A stretch of 64,000 bases of DNA from a bacterium (GCA_029548485.1 JAKPNH010000002.1:7747-71746), one strand, 5' to 3'; shown: positions 46,047-56,563, counted from the first letter of the stretch. Notes: generated by a model not told the origin, from the sequence alone. Numbers and translations: made by a program.

Positions 46047-46726
46047 TCGAAGGCATTTTTCCGATTTACAAAGAAAAAGGCCCGACTTCCAACAGGACGA
46101 TCCAGGAATTGAAAAAGATCGTCGGAAAAAGCAAGATCGGCCACGCCGGCACCCTGGACCCGCTGGCCGAAGGCGTGCTCGTGGTCGCGATCGGCCGCAA
46201 ATTCACCAAGGAGATCCACAAAGAAGAGGCCAAAGAAAAAGAATACTTGGCCGTTGTCCGGCTCGGCGCGACGAGCGATACCGACGACGAAGAAGGAGCG
46301 AAGACTCTTTGCGAAATAAAGCGAAGGCCGTCGATTCTCGGAATCCGCCGGGCCATCGGGAAATTCGTCGGCGAGATCGAGCAAAAGCCGCCGGTATTTT
46401 CCGCGGTCAAAATCAAAGGTGAAGAAGCTTACAAGCGAGCGAGGCGGGGAGAGCGTCCGGAAATGAAAGCCCGTAAAGCTGAAATCAAGAAAATCAAAAT
46501 CGTTTCTTATCGTTGGCCTGATCTGAAAATCCGGGTTATTACCGGACCGGGAGTCTATATTCGTTCGCTCGCGAGGGACTTGGGCGAGACGCTCGGCACG
46601 GGCGGTTATCTCCGAGCCCTTGTCCGGACAAGGGTCGGTAATTTTTCCGCCAAGAAATCGTTCACCGTTTCCGAATTCAAAGAAAAACTGGAAAATGGTA
46701 AGATCAAACAAAGAAACCTTTCCTAA
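46043..46726 (+). CDS. truB: tRNA pseudouridine(55) synthase
   Basis: 'GHAGTLDPLAEGVLVVAIG' catalytic Asp motif. Confidence 0.9.
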   Translation: MIEGIFPIYKEKGPTSNRTIQELKKIVGKSKIGHAGTLDPLAEGVLVVAIGRKFTKEIHKEEAKEKEYLAVVRLGATSDTDDEEGAKTLCEIKRRPSILGIRRAIGKFVGEIEQKPPVFSAVKIKGEEAYKRARRGERPEMKARKAEIKKIKIVSYRWPDLKIRVITGPGVYIRSLARDLGETLGTGGYLRALVRTRVGNFSAKKSFTVSEFKEKLENGKIKQRNLS

Positions 46727-46750
46727 AGGCCGTCAATAAAAAACATTTTT

Positions 46751-47659
46751 ATGGAACAAATCACCATCGTCGGCGCCGGCCAGATCGGCCAAGCAGTCGG
46801 CAAAATATTGATCGATAAAGAATACCACGTCGAATTCTGGGACAGCGCTCCCGGAAAAGTGAAAAACCAGTCCAAGCTCGAGGATATCATCCCGGATTCG
46901 GAGCTGATCTTCCTCTGCGTGCCTTCGCGGGCCTTGCGGCAGGCGATCGCCTCTGTCAAGCCCTATTTCTCTTCGAAAAACATCTTGGTTTGCTTTTCCA
47001 AGGGCATGGAGGCGGACACTTCCAATTTTTCTCACGAAACAATCGAGGAAACGGCAAGCGTGACGCCTTACGCTCTTTTCGGAGGCCCGATGATCGCCGA
47101 AACATTGCGTCGGGGAGGCGCCGGCTGCGTCGCTTCGAAATCCGAGGACGTTTTCAAGAAAATAAGCATGGCTTTCGACAGGTCGCCGGTCTACGTCGAT
47201 TATTCGAGGGACGTTTTGGGCGTCGCCGCCTGCGGAGTTTTGAAAAACATCTACGCCTTGGGCTTGGGCGTTGCCGACGGATTGGGCTTGGGAGAAAACA
47301 TCAGGGGCTGGCTCGCCTCGGCGGCCATCAAGGAAATGGCGGAAATCGTGACTCTTTTGGGAGGAGAAAAGAAAACAAGCCAAGGCGTCGCCGGTGTCGG
47401 AGACTTTATGGCCACGGCCTATTCTCCGAATTCGGACAACCGCCAAACCGGCGAAGCGCTCGTCAAAACCGGAAAATTGAACGCCGCTTCGGAAAGCGTG
47501 TCTTCGATCGGGCCGATGACGAGAAGGATCGGCAACAAAGTGGGGGATTTCAAGTTTTTCCACAAGATCAGCGAAATCGTCTTGGCCGGAGAAAAACCGA
47601 AAATCGGGATCAAGGAATTCTTGGCCACGGCCTCGGAATATTCGATCGACAATGATTAG
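46751..47659 (+). CDS. gpsA: NAD(P)H-dependent glycerol-3-phosphate dehydrogenase
   Basis: 'IVGAGQIG' Rossmann fold. 'GVLKNIYALGLG' parallels GpsA 'GAVKNVIAIGAG'. Confidence 0.8.
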   Translation: MEQITIVGAGQIGQAVGKILIDKEYHVEFWDSAPGKVKNQSKLEDIIPDSELIFLCVPSRALRQAIASVKPYFSSKNILVCFSKGMEADTSNFSHETIEETASVTPYALFGGPMIAETLRRGGAGCVASKSEDVFKKISMAFDRSPVYVDYSRDVLGVAACGVLKNIYALGLGVADGLGLGENIRGWLASAAIKEMAEIVTLLGGEKKTSQGVAGVGDFMATAYSPNSDNRQTGEALVKTGKLNAASESVSSIGPMTRRIGNKVGDFKFFHKISEIVLAGEKPKIGIKEFLATASEYSIDND

Positions 47660-47978
47660 CATCGACGACTTCAAAAAAATCGAATTGAAAACGGCGAAAA
47701 TAATCCGGGCCGAACGCGTGGAAGGATCGGAAAAACTATTGAAGCTCCGGGTGACGCTCGGCGACGAAGAAAGGCAGATAGTCGCCGGCATCGGAAAATA
47801 TTACGAACCCGATGATCTGGTTTCCAAAAATATCGTCATCGTCGCCAATCTCGAGCCTAAAACCCTGGCCGGCGAGGAAAGCCAGGGAATGCTTTTGGCG
47901 GCCACGGACAGCGTAAGCGGAGAACCGGTGATCATCTCTCCGGTCAAAGAAACGGCAACCGGATCGATCATCAAATAA
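47652..47978 (+). CDS. tRNA-binding domain protein (CsaA/Trbp111-like)
   Basis: 'KIELKTAKIIRAERVEGSEKLLKLRV...GEESQGMLLAA'. Confidence 0.75.
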   Translation: MISIDDFKKIELKTAKIIRAERVEGSEKLLKLRVTLGDEERQIVAGIGKYYEPDDLVSKNIVIVANLEPKTLAGEESQGMLLAATDSVSGEPVIISPVKETATGSIIK

Positions 47979-47980
47979 CC

Positions 47981-48508
47981 ATGGTTCTTCTGTCCCATGC
48001 CGTTGTCGGAGCCGCCATCGGCGTCGCCGTAAAGAATTCTCTTTGGAGTTTTTTGATCGGCATCTTGAGCCACCACTTGATGGATTCTTTTCCGCATATC
48101 GATTACGGCAGCCAGCTGATCAAGGAGTCCGGCCCGAGATTCCTGGGACAGAAGCCGAAACTCAAACCCGATTCTCCGCGGAAATTCGACGAAACCTTTT
48201 GGAAGATCCTTTTCGTCGATTTTTCCGTGGCCTGGACGGTTTTTCTGTGGATTTTCTACCGTTTGCCGGAAAATTTGTGGCTGTCGGTTTTCTTCGGCGC
48301 TTTGGGAGCGTTGCTTCCGGATGTCATCGCTTTTTATCCGCCGTTCGTCAAAGCCGCGACGCGGAAATACAAATGGGCGGCTTTTATCGCGGAAATACAT
48401 TCGGTCTTCCACTGGGCTTTGCCGATCAAATCGCTTTTCTGGGGATTTTTCTGGCAGATCGCTTTCACGGCATCGGCTTTGGGTTATATAGCGCGGTTCA
48501 TCCGTTGA
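47981..48508 (+). CDS. Membrane-bound metal-dependent hydrolase (YdjM/DUF457-like)
   Basis: 'LSHHLMDSFPH' plus multiple TM helices. Confidence 0.55.
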   Translation: MVLLSHAVVGAAIGVAVKNSLWSFLIGILSHHLMDSFPHIDYGSQLIKESGPRFLGQKPKLKPDSPRKFDETFWKILFVDFSVAWTVFLWIFYRLPENLWLSVFFGALGALLPDVIAFYPPFVKAATRKYKWAAFIAEIHSVFHWALPIKSLFWGFFWQIAFTASALGYIARFIR

Positions 48509-48550
48509 TCGGTCGCCCGTCGAAGCGATAAATGGTAGAATAAAAGCATC

Positions 48551-49384
48551 ATGAAAAGAATTCTATCCATTGTCATCAAGATCGTCATCGCCGTCGCTGT
48601 TTTTAGTTTGGCGGTCATTTACATTCCCAAGCTGTTCGGCCAAGGCGGATTGAGCATCTTCACTCCGAGAAAAAGCGAAAGCGGGAATGTCGTCGTGCGC
48701 GAGCCCGCGGCCAATAGCTTGAAATCTTTGCCTTTTTCCGTAAAGGGAGAAGCTCGGGTTTTCGAGAACATGATCGCTTATGAGCTTCGCGACGCGGCCG
48801 ACGGCTTTGTCTTAAACGAGGGTAACGCTTACGCGAACGCGCCTGATGTCGGCCAATTCGGCCCGTTTTCCATCGAAATCAAAAGCCTGCGCCGTTTGCC
48901 GATGGACGGCGGCGTCATCCTCGAAGTTTTCAATTATTCGGCCAAGGACGGTTCGCGGGAAAATCAGGTAGTTATTCCTCTTAAATTGGCCAAGCAGGAT
49001 TTTCAGACGCTCCAGGTGTTTTTCGGAAAGCAGGGGGTTTCCGAAGCGGACTGCATGACCATGGCGGCGGTCCCAAGGATCGTCCCGAGAACTTCGGCTC
49101 CGGCGCGGGAAAGTTTGGAATTCCTATTGGAGGGGCCGACGAGGACCGAATACGACGAAGGCTATTACACCAATCTGAATCCGGACGTCAAAATCCAGCG
49201 CCTCGCGATCGAGAACGGCTTGGCCGAAGTCGATTTTGACGAGACGCTCGAAGGAAGCGTCGGCGGTTCTTGCCGGGTAACGGCCATCAGGTCGCAAATC
49301 ATCCAAACTTTGAAACAGTTTCCGACCGTCGAAAACGTGATCATTTCCATCGACGGCCGGACCGAAGACATTCTCCAGCCGTAA
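48551..49384 (+). CDS. Gmad2/GerMN-domain lipoprotein-like protein
   Basis: N-terminal anchor. C-terminal 'ARESLEFLLEGPT...GYYTNL...LAIENGLAEVDF' GerMN-like segment. Confidence 0.45.
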   Translation: MKRILSIVIKIVIAVAVFSLAVIYIPKLFGQGGLSIFTPRKSESGNVVVREPAANSLKSLPFSVKGEARVFENMIAYELRDAADGFVLNEGNAYANAPDVGQFGPFSIEIKSLRRLPMDGGVILEVFNYSAKDGSRENQVVIPLKLAKQDFQTLQVFFGKQGVSEADCMTMAAVPRIVPRTSAPARESLEFLLEGPTRTEYDEGYYTNLNPDVKIQRLAIENGLAEVDFDETLEGSVGGSCRVTAIRSQIIQTLKQFPTVENVIISIDGRTEDILQP

Positions 49385-49449
49385 TCAAACCGGTCGAAAC
49401 CGGCTTGGACGAATGTCGATATGATATAATAGAAAAAAACAAAATAAAC

Positions 49450-49992
49450 ATGGCCAAAAAAGAAAAAGTCGTTGTTTTAAACAAACCGGAAACAAGGCGG
49501 AAGATCCTCGTCGGAGTCTTGGTCGCGCTTGTCGTCATTATTCCGTTCGTATATTGGAAAGGATGGAGTAAGCTTCAGACGGCTTTCGACTCAATCATGG
49601 TGGAGCGGACGGTCAAGAACTTCTATCGGGATTTCGCCGAACAGATAAACACGAACGAGGCTTGGGAGGATTTTATCGAGCAATACCTTTCTAAAACCGC
49701 CGAAATCCTGATGACCGGACGGGCTTCGAGATTGATTTACGACGCCGAACACGGCAGCCAGCACGTCTTCAAGTTCACTTCGCCGGTGGGAACCAAAATC
49801 TATAAGCTCGAGGATCTGATGGCTTATGTCTTGGCCGACGCCACTTACGAAGAGAGTTTGATCGGCGGCGAGCCGCAGGATTTTGTCATGGAAAAGTTCC
49901 TTACCCTCGAAAAAATCAACAACGAGTGGAGAATAACCGCCGATGCGGATCGAACGGCGAGTTTCAACGAATATCTCGGAAACTTAAATTAA
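49450..49992 (+). CDS. Membrane-anchored hypothetical protein
   Basis: Start MAKKEKVVVLNK.... TM helix ILVGVLVALVVIIPFVYW. Confidence 0.4.
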   Translation: MAKKEKVVVLNKPETRRKILVGVLVALVVIIPFVYWKGWSKLQTAFDSIMVERTVKNFYRDFAEQINTNEAWEDFIEQYLSKTAEILMTGRASRLIYDAEHGSQHVFKFTSPVGTKIYKLEDLMAYVLADATYEESLIGGEPQDFVMEKFLTLEKINNEWRITADADRTASFNEYLGNLN

Positions 49993-49993
49993 C

Positions 49994-50980
49994 ATGACCA
50001 AGTACAATAAAATTTGTCTCTCGCTCGGCCTTTTGTTCGTTTTAGCTTTTGCCGGTGCGGACTTGAAAACTGCCAAGGCCGATTATGTAGATTACGTGAA
50101 TGGTAGAGAAGTTTTAGTGCAATACGATTGGGATACTGGAAAATTGGACCTTATCGATGTTAGTACTGGTTCGACCATCGCAAATGATTTAGATTTTACG
50201 CAGGATGATAATGGCCGAGGAGTGCCGGTCGGTGGATACGATATTGAGCCACCAGAAAGAGAAGAAACACTTGGCATTACAGATTCTTCGGAAAGAGCTG
50301 AAGAATATTCTTGCTCGCAAGTCGGAGTCTGCGGCACTACGGTCATCGGTTATAATTCTAATCCCCAAAATCCGAATTACGCGTTATATAGCGCTACGAA
50401 TACTCGAGAAATAGTAACCGTTTTTCTTAGGCATTCCGGTCAATCCCAAGGCAATCAAGCTTGGGACGACGCAGAGGATGACGCAGCTTCATTGATCGAG
50501 AAATATGGCATTAATGAAAATTCTGTTCTAGATTCTAAGACTGTGAATGATATATTAAGGGACCTTGGAGCTAATTTTAAAGTGGATGATAATATCGATT
50601 CTGTATCCCGAAAAGAATTACTTGAGGCTCTCGCGCAAGCCGGCCAAAACGGCAGTGAACCGGGGGGGTCACCAGACGAAGAGGAAGAAGAATGGACTCC
50701 ACCGGAAACCGGGCCTTTTGTCTCGATTTTGGAATGTTCGTTCACGGCCACGCCTGCGGAAATCCTCTACAGTAAATCAAGCCGGTTGAGATGGAATTGC
50801 AATCGAGCCGATACTTGCTCGATCAGTGATGAAACGGGCGTAGTTGTAAGGTCGTCGATCACGACCATGTCTGGAGAAGTCCAGGTTTCTCCGCTCAAAA
50901 CCACGCGCTATTATCTGAATTGTTCCGATAACAAATCTTGGGAAACTCTGGTAAGAGTTTTCAGCAGCGGAATACAGTAA
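49994..50980 (+). CDS. Secreted hypothetical protein (AT-rich gene)
   Basis: Signal peptide MTKYNKICLSLGLLFVLAFAGA. Acidic linker EEEEEW. Markedly lower GC than its neighbours. Confidence 0.5.
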   Translation: MTKYNKICLSLGLLFVLAFAGADLKTAKADYVDYVNGREVLVQYDWDTGKLDLIDVSTGSTIANDLDFTQDDNGRGVPVGGYDIEPPEREETLGITDSSERAEEYSCSQVGVCGTTVIGYNSNPQNPNYALYSATNTREIVTVFLRHSGQSQGNQAWDDAEDDAASLIEKYGINENSVLDSKTVNDILRDLGANFKVDDNIDSVSRKELLEALAQAGQNGSEPGGSPDEEEEEWTPPETGPFVSILECSFTATPAEILYSKSSRLRWNCNRADTCSISDETGVVVRSSITTMSGEVQVSPLKTTRYYLNCSDNKSWETLVRVFSSGIQ

Positions 50981-50994
50981 GGTAAGCTGAAGGT

Positions 50995-51025
50995 AAAAAC
51001 CCCGTGCATCGGTACGGGGTTTTTG
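50995..51025 (+). terminator. Rho-independent terminator
   Basis: CCCCGT-gcatcggt-ACGGGG plus TTTTTG. Confidence 0.65.
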
Positions 51026-51037
51026 TATAAAAAAATA

Positions 51038-51057
51038 GAACGCTCCAGGAGCGTTCT
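51038..51057 (-). terminator. Palindromic hairpin terminator for the minus-strand small gene
   Basis: AGAACGCTCC-a-GGAGCGTTCT. Preceded on plus by A-run, which is a T-run on minus. Confidence 0.55.
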
Positions 51058-51286
51058 AAAAGTGCTTATCGATGAATTCCTGGATCTCCGGGCGTGTCTT
51101 CCTCCAGGTTAATAGGAGAAGAATGGGCCCAGAAACCATCATCGCTGGCGTCGGCATAAAGCGACCGACGCCGATGTAACGGGTTTGGAACATCACCAGG
51201 CCTAAAGCATTGAAGAATAACCAGGATATCAATTCGACGCTCAAACAAACCCCAACGATAAATACGATTCTTCTTATTACTTTCAA
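51056..51286 (-). CDS. Small membrane protein
   Basis: 76 aa, two TM helices. Confidence 0.3.
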   Translation of the reverse strand: MKVIRRIVFIVGVCLSVELISWLFFNALGLVMFQTRYIGVGRFMPTPAMMVSGPILLLLTWRKTRPEIQEFIDKHF

Positions 51287-51387
51287 GGTTCTACCTCCTT
51301 TTAGTCTTATAAATTAATTATAACACATTATAACATTTATGTCAAACACAAAAAACATAGGAATTATGCTATTATTTAGCGTAAGAA

Positions 51388-52692
51388 ATGCCTCAAAAAT
51401 TCATTATCAAAGGCGGAAATCGGCTTGAAGGAGAGGTTAGGGTCCGCGGCGCCAAAAACTCCGTGAGCAAGCTTTTGATCGCCAGTCTTTTGACCGAAGA
51501 CGAAGTTAAATTGACAAACGTCCCCCTGAACCAGGAAACGGAAATCTCTTTGGAGCTTTGCGAAAGCATCGGTTCGATCGTAAAGCGCGAAGCGGACACG
51601 ATCACTATCAAAACCCCGGATATCAAGAATTACCGCGTCAAAGAGTTGTCGAGAAAAAACCGCATTCCCATTCTGGCGCTCGGACCGCTTCTCGTAAGGG
51701 CCGGAGAAGCCGAAGTGCCGATGGTGGGCGGAGACAAGATCGGCCCCCGGCCCATAGATTTCCACATCGCTTCTTTGGAAAAGCTCGGAGCGAAAATAGA
51801 AATGAACGAATCGACCATCGTCGCCAAAGCCAGAACCTGTCTCTGCGGAGCGGACATTGTTTTGCCGTATCCGAGCGTAGGCGCCACGGAAAACTCCATT
51901 TTGGCCGCGGTTCTCGCCAAAGGCAGGACGACGATCGTGAACGCCGCCACCGAGCCGGAAATCATCGACATGATAAAAATGCTCCAGAACATGGGAGCGA
52001 TCATCGAACTCGGAGCGAACCGGACGGTCTATATCGACGGCGTCGAACGCCTCCACGGCGTGGAACATCGGCTCATACCCGACAGGCTCGAAGCGGTTTC
52101 TTTCGCGGTCATGGCTCTCGCGACAAACGGAAACATTTTGGTTCGCGATGCGGTCCAGGAGCATCTGATCGCTTTTTTGAACGCGGTGAGAAGAATGGGC
52201 GCAAAGTACGAAGTCGAACCCGAAGACGGCATCAGGTTTTACCGGAATGGAGAACTGAAAGCGACGAATATCGAAACCGACACCTATCCCGGATTCGCCA
52301 CCGATTGGCAGCAGCCGACGGCCGTGCTTTTGACGCAGGCGAGAGGGACGTCGGTGATCCACGAAACCGTCTACGAAGACCGGTTCGGCTACGCCGAAGA
52401 TTTGAACAAAATGGGCGCGAAAATCAGCGTTGAAACAAAATGCCTCGGGATATTGCCTTGCCGTTTCCAGGGCAAGGACTACAAGCACAGCGCCGTGATC
52501 CAGGGGCCGACTTTGCTCAAGGCGGCCGACATTTCCATGCGGGACATCAGGGCCGGCATGGCCCAGGTGATCGCCGCCTTGATCGCTCGTGGCGTGTCCG
52601 AAGTTTCCGGAGTGGAGCACATCGACCGGGGTTACGAAAAAATAGACGAAAGGATAAAAGAGCTCGGCGGCGACATCAAAAGAATCGGTTAA
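51388..52692 (+). CDS. murA: UDP-N-acetylglucosamine 1-carboxyvinyltransferase
   Basis: EPSP-synthase fold, 'KFIIKGGNRLEGEVRVRGAKNS' N-terminus. Confidence 0.9.
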   Translation: MPQKFIIKGGNRLEGEVRVRGAKNSVSKLLIASLLTEDEVKLTNVPLNQETEISLELCESIGSIVKREADTITIKTPDIKNYRVKELSRKNRIPILALGPLLVRAGEAEVPMVGGDKIGPRPIDFHIASLEKLGAKIEMNESTIVAKARTCLCGADIVLPYPSVGATENSILAAVLAKGRTTIVNAATEPEIIDMIKMLQNMGAIIELGANRTVYIDGVERLHGVEHRLIPDRLEAVSFAVMALATNGNILVRDAVQEHLIAFLNAVRRMGAKYEVEPEDGIRFYRNGELKATNIETDTYPGFATDWQQPTAVLLTQARGTSVIHETVYEDRFGYAEDLNKMGAKISVETKCLGILPCRFQGKDYKHSAVIQGPTLLKAADISMRDIRAGMAQVIAALIARGVSEVSGVEHIDRGYEKIDERIKELGGDIKRIG

Positions 52693-52699
52693 GCGCAAG

Positions 52700-54721
52700 A
52701 TGACGAAGCAAGAAGCCAAAGAGCGCATCGAAAAGCTCAAAAAAGAAATCAATCGGGACCGCTACGCTTACCACGTCCTCGACAAATCCCTGATTCCGGA
52801 CGAGGTTTTGGATTCCTTGAAAAAAGAGCTTTTCGACCTGGAGCTCCAATATCCGGAATTCGTCACGCCGGATTCGCCGACGCAAAGAGTGGCCGGAGAA
52901 CCCCTCAAGGAGTTCCGGAAAGTTCCGCACGAGCGGCCGATGATTTCTTTCAACGACGCTTTTTCCGAGAAAGACATGGAAGATTGGCTCGACAGGCTCG
53001 AGAATTATTTGAAAAAGAAAATCGACAGGGAATTCTTCTGCGAACTGAAGCTCGACGGATTGTCGGTGGAGCTCGTCTACGACAACGGAGTTTTTGTTCG
53101 GGGTTCGACGAGGGGCGACGGCCTGGTCGGCGAAGACGTCACCCAGAACTTGAGAACCATCGAAGACATTCCCTTGAAGCTCGAAGGCGATTACCCGAAA
53201 CATTTGGTGGTCCGCGGAGAAGTGATTCTGAGCAAAAAAGAATTCGAACGGATCAACAAGGAGCAGAAAAAGAAAGGCGAGAAGCTTTACGCCAATCCGC
53301 GGAACATCGCCTCGGGTTCGGTCCGTCAGCTCGATCCGAAAATCACCGCTTCGAGAAACATGGATTCTTTCCAATACGACATCGTGGTGGGCCGGGAAAC
53401 CAAAACCCACGCCGAAGAGCACGCGCTTTTGAAAAAATGGGGGTTCAACGTCAATCCGGAAAGCAAACTTACCCGTTCGCTCGAAGAAGTTTTCGATTTC
53501 CACCGGCGCTGGGGCGATCCGATCGCCCGGGAAAAACTGGATTACGAGATCGACGGCATCGTCGTCATCGTGAACCAGAACAAGGTTTTCGAAGAAGCCG
53601 GAGTCATCGGCAAGGCTTCGCGGGCGACCATCGCCTACAAGTTTTCTCCGAAAGAGGCGACGACCATCGTCGAAGACATCAGAGTCCAGGTCGGCCGCAC
53701 CGGGAACCTGACGCCGGTCGCGGTGATGAAACCGGTCTCGGTCGGCGGAACGACCATCACCCACGCCACGCTCCATAACATGGACCAGATCGAAAAACTC
53801 GACCTGAAGATCGGGGATACGGTGGTGGTTAGCCGGGCCGGAGACGTCATTCCCCAGATCACCAAGGTTTTCAAGGAATTGCGGACCGGAAAGGAAAGAT
53901 CCTTCAAAATGCCTGAAACGTGTCCGGTGGACGGCTCGCCCGTAATCAAAACCGGAGTCTTTTACCGTTGCTCCAACCCCAAATGCGGCGCTAGGAACAG
54001 GCGGGAAATAAGGCATTTCGTTTCCAAGGCGGCTTTCAACATCGAAGGCCTTGGCCCGAAAATCATCGACCGGTTCATGGACGAAGGCTTGATCTCGGAC
54101 GCGGCCGACATTTGGAGCCTCCAAAAAGGCGACATCGCCTCGCTCGAGAAGTTCGGGGAAAAATCCGCCGATAATCTGATCAATGAAATTGAAGCCAGAA
54201 AAAAAGTGGGGCTGGCGAGATTCATTTATTCTTTGGGAATCTTGCATGTAGGCGAGGAAACGGCGAACACCCTGGCCAAAGACATGGCGAAAAAGAGCGG
54301 AAAAAAGACTTTCAAGCCCGGAGAAGCGACCGGAATCTTGGAGTCCTTGTCCAAAGAAGAACTCGAGGAACTGCCGGATATCGGCCCCAAGGTGGCGGAA
54401 AGCTTTTATTCCTGGTTCAAGGATAAAAGAAACATCCACTTGTTGGAAAAATTGGACAAGTCGGGAATAGAAATCCGGTTGGAAACTCCGGCTTCGGGGA
54501 AATTGAGCGGCAAGACTTTTGTCTTGACCGGAACGCTCGAGACGATGTCCCGGGAACAGGCCAAAGAAAAGATCCGCGCTTTGGGAGGGGATATATCGGA
54601 ATCTGTCGGCTCGAAAACGGATTATCTTGTCGCGGGTATCGATCCGGGATCGAAATATAACAGAGCGAAAGAAATCGGCGTGAAAATCTTAGACGAGAAA
54701 GAGTTCTTGAGGCTGATATAA
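52700..54721 (+). CDS. ligA: NAD-dependent DNA ligase
   Basis: Adenylation 'ELKLDG', OB fold, Zn finger (CPVDGSPV...C..C), HhH motifs, C-terminal BRCT. Confidence 0.9.
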   Translation: MTKQEAKERIEKLKKEINRDRYAYHVLDKSLIPDEVLDSLKKELFDLELQYPEFVTPDSPTQRVAGEPLKEFRKVPHERPMISFNDAFSEKDMEDWLDRLENYLKKKIDREFFCELKLDGLSVELVYDNGVFVRGSTRGDGLVGEDVTQNLRTIEDIPLKLEGDYPKHLVVRGEVILSKKEFERINKEQKKKGEKLYANPRNIASGSVRQLDPKITASRNMDSFQYDIVVGRETKTHAEEHALLKKWGFNVNPESKLTRSLEEVFDFHRRWGDPIAREKLDYEIDGIVVIVNQNKVFEEAGVIGKASRATIAYKFSPKEATTIVEDIRVQVGRTGNLTPVAVMKPVSVGGTTITHATLHNMDQIEKLDLKIGDTVVVSRAGDVIPQITKVFKELRTGKERSFKMPETCPVDGSPVIKTGVFYRCSNPKCGARNRREIRHFVSKAAFNIEGLGPKIIDRFMDEGLISDAADIWSLQKGDIASLEKFGEKSADNLINEIEARKKVGLARFIYSLGILHVGEETANTLAKDMAKKSGKKTFKPGEATGILESLSKEELEELPDIGPKVAESFYSWFKDKRNIHLLEKLDKSGIEIRLETPASGKLSGKTFVLTGTLETMSREQAKEKIRALGGDISESVGSKTDYLVAGIDPGSKYNRAKEIGVKILDEKEFLRLI

Positions 54722-54748
54722 AACTTAAGAATAGTTGTCTTTTGGTGT

Positions 54749-56521
54749 ATGATAAAATCTAACGCTTTATTTTCTATGATTTTCAAAGATCCCCATATCC
54801 AAAAAACGATCGAACTTCTGAAAGAGCCGAAAAAGCTTTATTGGGGCATGCTCGCCGCCGTTGTTTCCGCCGGAATGACCGCTCTCATTCCTTTGATTTA
54901 CGGCCGTTCGATCGACATCGCCGTTCAGCCGGAATCCGATCTTCTCTTTATCATCGGACTGCTCGTTTTGTGGTTTATTCTGTCTTTGGTCGCCGACGGG
55001 CTTTCGAGGTACAGCGTCAGGCAATCTTACGAGGTGGCGATGGATTTGACGAACAGGCTCCTCGTGAAGATTTTCCGCCACCTGAACGATCTGCCGATCA
55101 AGTTCCACAAGGAAATGAAAATGGGAAAGATCATGCGCCGGGTGGACCGGGGAGTGGAAGATCTTTCCAATATGATAGAAAAATCTCTTTTCGCTTTTTT
55201 CCCGTCGGTCATCTCATGCGTCGTCGCCATCGCCATTCTCTTTTTCGTGGAATGGCGGCTGGCTTCGATTCTCACGGTTTCGAGCCTGGTCTACGTCTGG
55301 ATCACTTTCGTCTACACGAAAAACATCGTCAAGAAGCAGAAGGAAATGCACCGCGGTTGGGAAAAAGCCTACGGGGACCTGTGGGATTCGGTTTTGAACG
55401 TCCAAGCGGTCAAGGCGGCCGTGGCCGAGGAGTTCGAAGAAAAAAGGAATTTGAAGAATTTCATTGCCGCCGGAGGAGTTTATATCAAATGGCGGAATAT
55501 ATGGCAGGAAATGGCCATGTGGCAAAAGATAGTTTTTTCCTTGGGATTCGTTTCGGTGTTCGGGTTGGGAATAATCATGCTCCGGTCCGGAGAGCTTTCC
55601 GCGGGCAATTTGGTGATGTTCTTCGGATACATCAACCTTTTGACCGTTCCCTTGACCCAGCTCGCCGACCAGTACCGGATGATAAAAAGCGGCATGTTTT
55701 CTTTCCGCCGGGCCATGAAATATTACGATTATCCGGAAGAGAAAGACGTGAGCCGTCCGGTCGTCATCGAAAGCCTTGGTGGATCGGTGGAGTTCGAGAA
55801 CGTCGATTTCGGCTACAAGAAAAACAAGCTTGTTTTGCGTGACATCAGCTTCAAAGTCGAACCCGGAGAGTCCGTGGCCTTTGTCGGAGAGTCCGGCGTT
55901 GGCAAAAGTACGGTCGTCGACATGATCGGCCGGTATTATTTGCCGGTCAAAGGACGGATCCTCATCGACGGCGTGGACATCAAGAGGCTCCAATTGAAAG
56001 CGCTCCGCGAGCAGATGGCGGTCGTGCCCCAGGAAATATTGCTTTTCAACGACACCATTAAAAACAACATCCGCTACGGGAAGCCGAAAGCGACCGACGA
56101 GGAGATCGAGGCGGCGGCCAAGGCGGCGAGCGCCGACGAATTCATCGAGACGTTTCCCCGGAAATATAACCAGATGGTGGGTGAGCGGGGAATCAAGCTT
56201 TCCGGAGGCCAGAAACAGCGGCTTGCCATCGCCCGGGCGATTTTGAGGAATCCGAAGATTTTGATCCTGGACGAAGCCACTTCGGCGCTCGATTCGGCCT
56301 CGGAAAAAATGGTCCAGGCCGCTTTGGCCGATTTGATCAGGGGTCGGACGACTTTCATCATCGCCCACCGCTTGAGCACCATCCAGAAAGCGGATAAAAT
56401 CATCGTTTTGGAAAAAGGCAAGATCGCCGAAATGGGAACGCACGAAGAATTGATGCGGGATCCGGACGGCATTTACCGCAATTTCTGGGAGCTCCAAACC
56501 GCCATCGGCAAAGTGAGCTGA
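54749..56521 (+). CDS. ABC exporter, fused permease-ATPase (MsbA-like)
   Basis: Six TM helices, Walker A 'GESGVGKST' and 'LSGGQKQRLAIARA'. Confidence 0.85.
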   Translation: MIKSNALFSMIFKDPHIQKTIELLKEPKKLYWGMLAAVVSAGMTALIPLIYGRSIDIAVQPESDLLFIIGLLVLWFILSLVADGLSRYSVRQSYEVAMDLTNRLLVKIFRHLNDLPIKFHKEMKMGKIMRRVDRGVEDLSNMIEKSLFAFFPSVISCVVAIAILFFVEWRLASILTVSSLVYVWITFVYTKNIVKKQKEMHRGWEKAYGDLWDSVLNVQAVKAAVAEEFEEKRNLKNFIAAGGVYIKWRNIWQEMAMWQKIVFSLGFVSVFGLGIIMLRSGELSAGNLVMFFGYINLLTVPLTQLADQYRMIKSGMFSFRRAMKYYDYPEEKDVSRPVVIESLGGSVEFENVDFGYKKNKLVLRDISFKVEPGESVAFVGESGVGKSTVVDMIGRYYLPVKGRILIDGVDIKRLQLKALREQMAVVPQEILLFNDTIKNNIRYGKPKATDEEIEAAAKAASADEFIETFPRKYNQMVGERGIKLSGGQKQRLAIARAILRNPKILILDEATSALDSASEKMVQAALADLIRGRTTFIIAHRLSTIQKADKIIVLEKGKIAEMGTHEELMRDPDGIYRNFWELQTAIGKVS

Positions 56522-56563
56522 TTTGTGGAGAGCGGAGGTTTTGTTTAAGATGAGTGAAGAATC

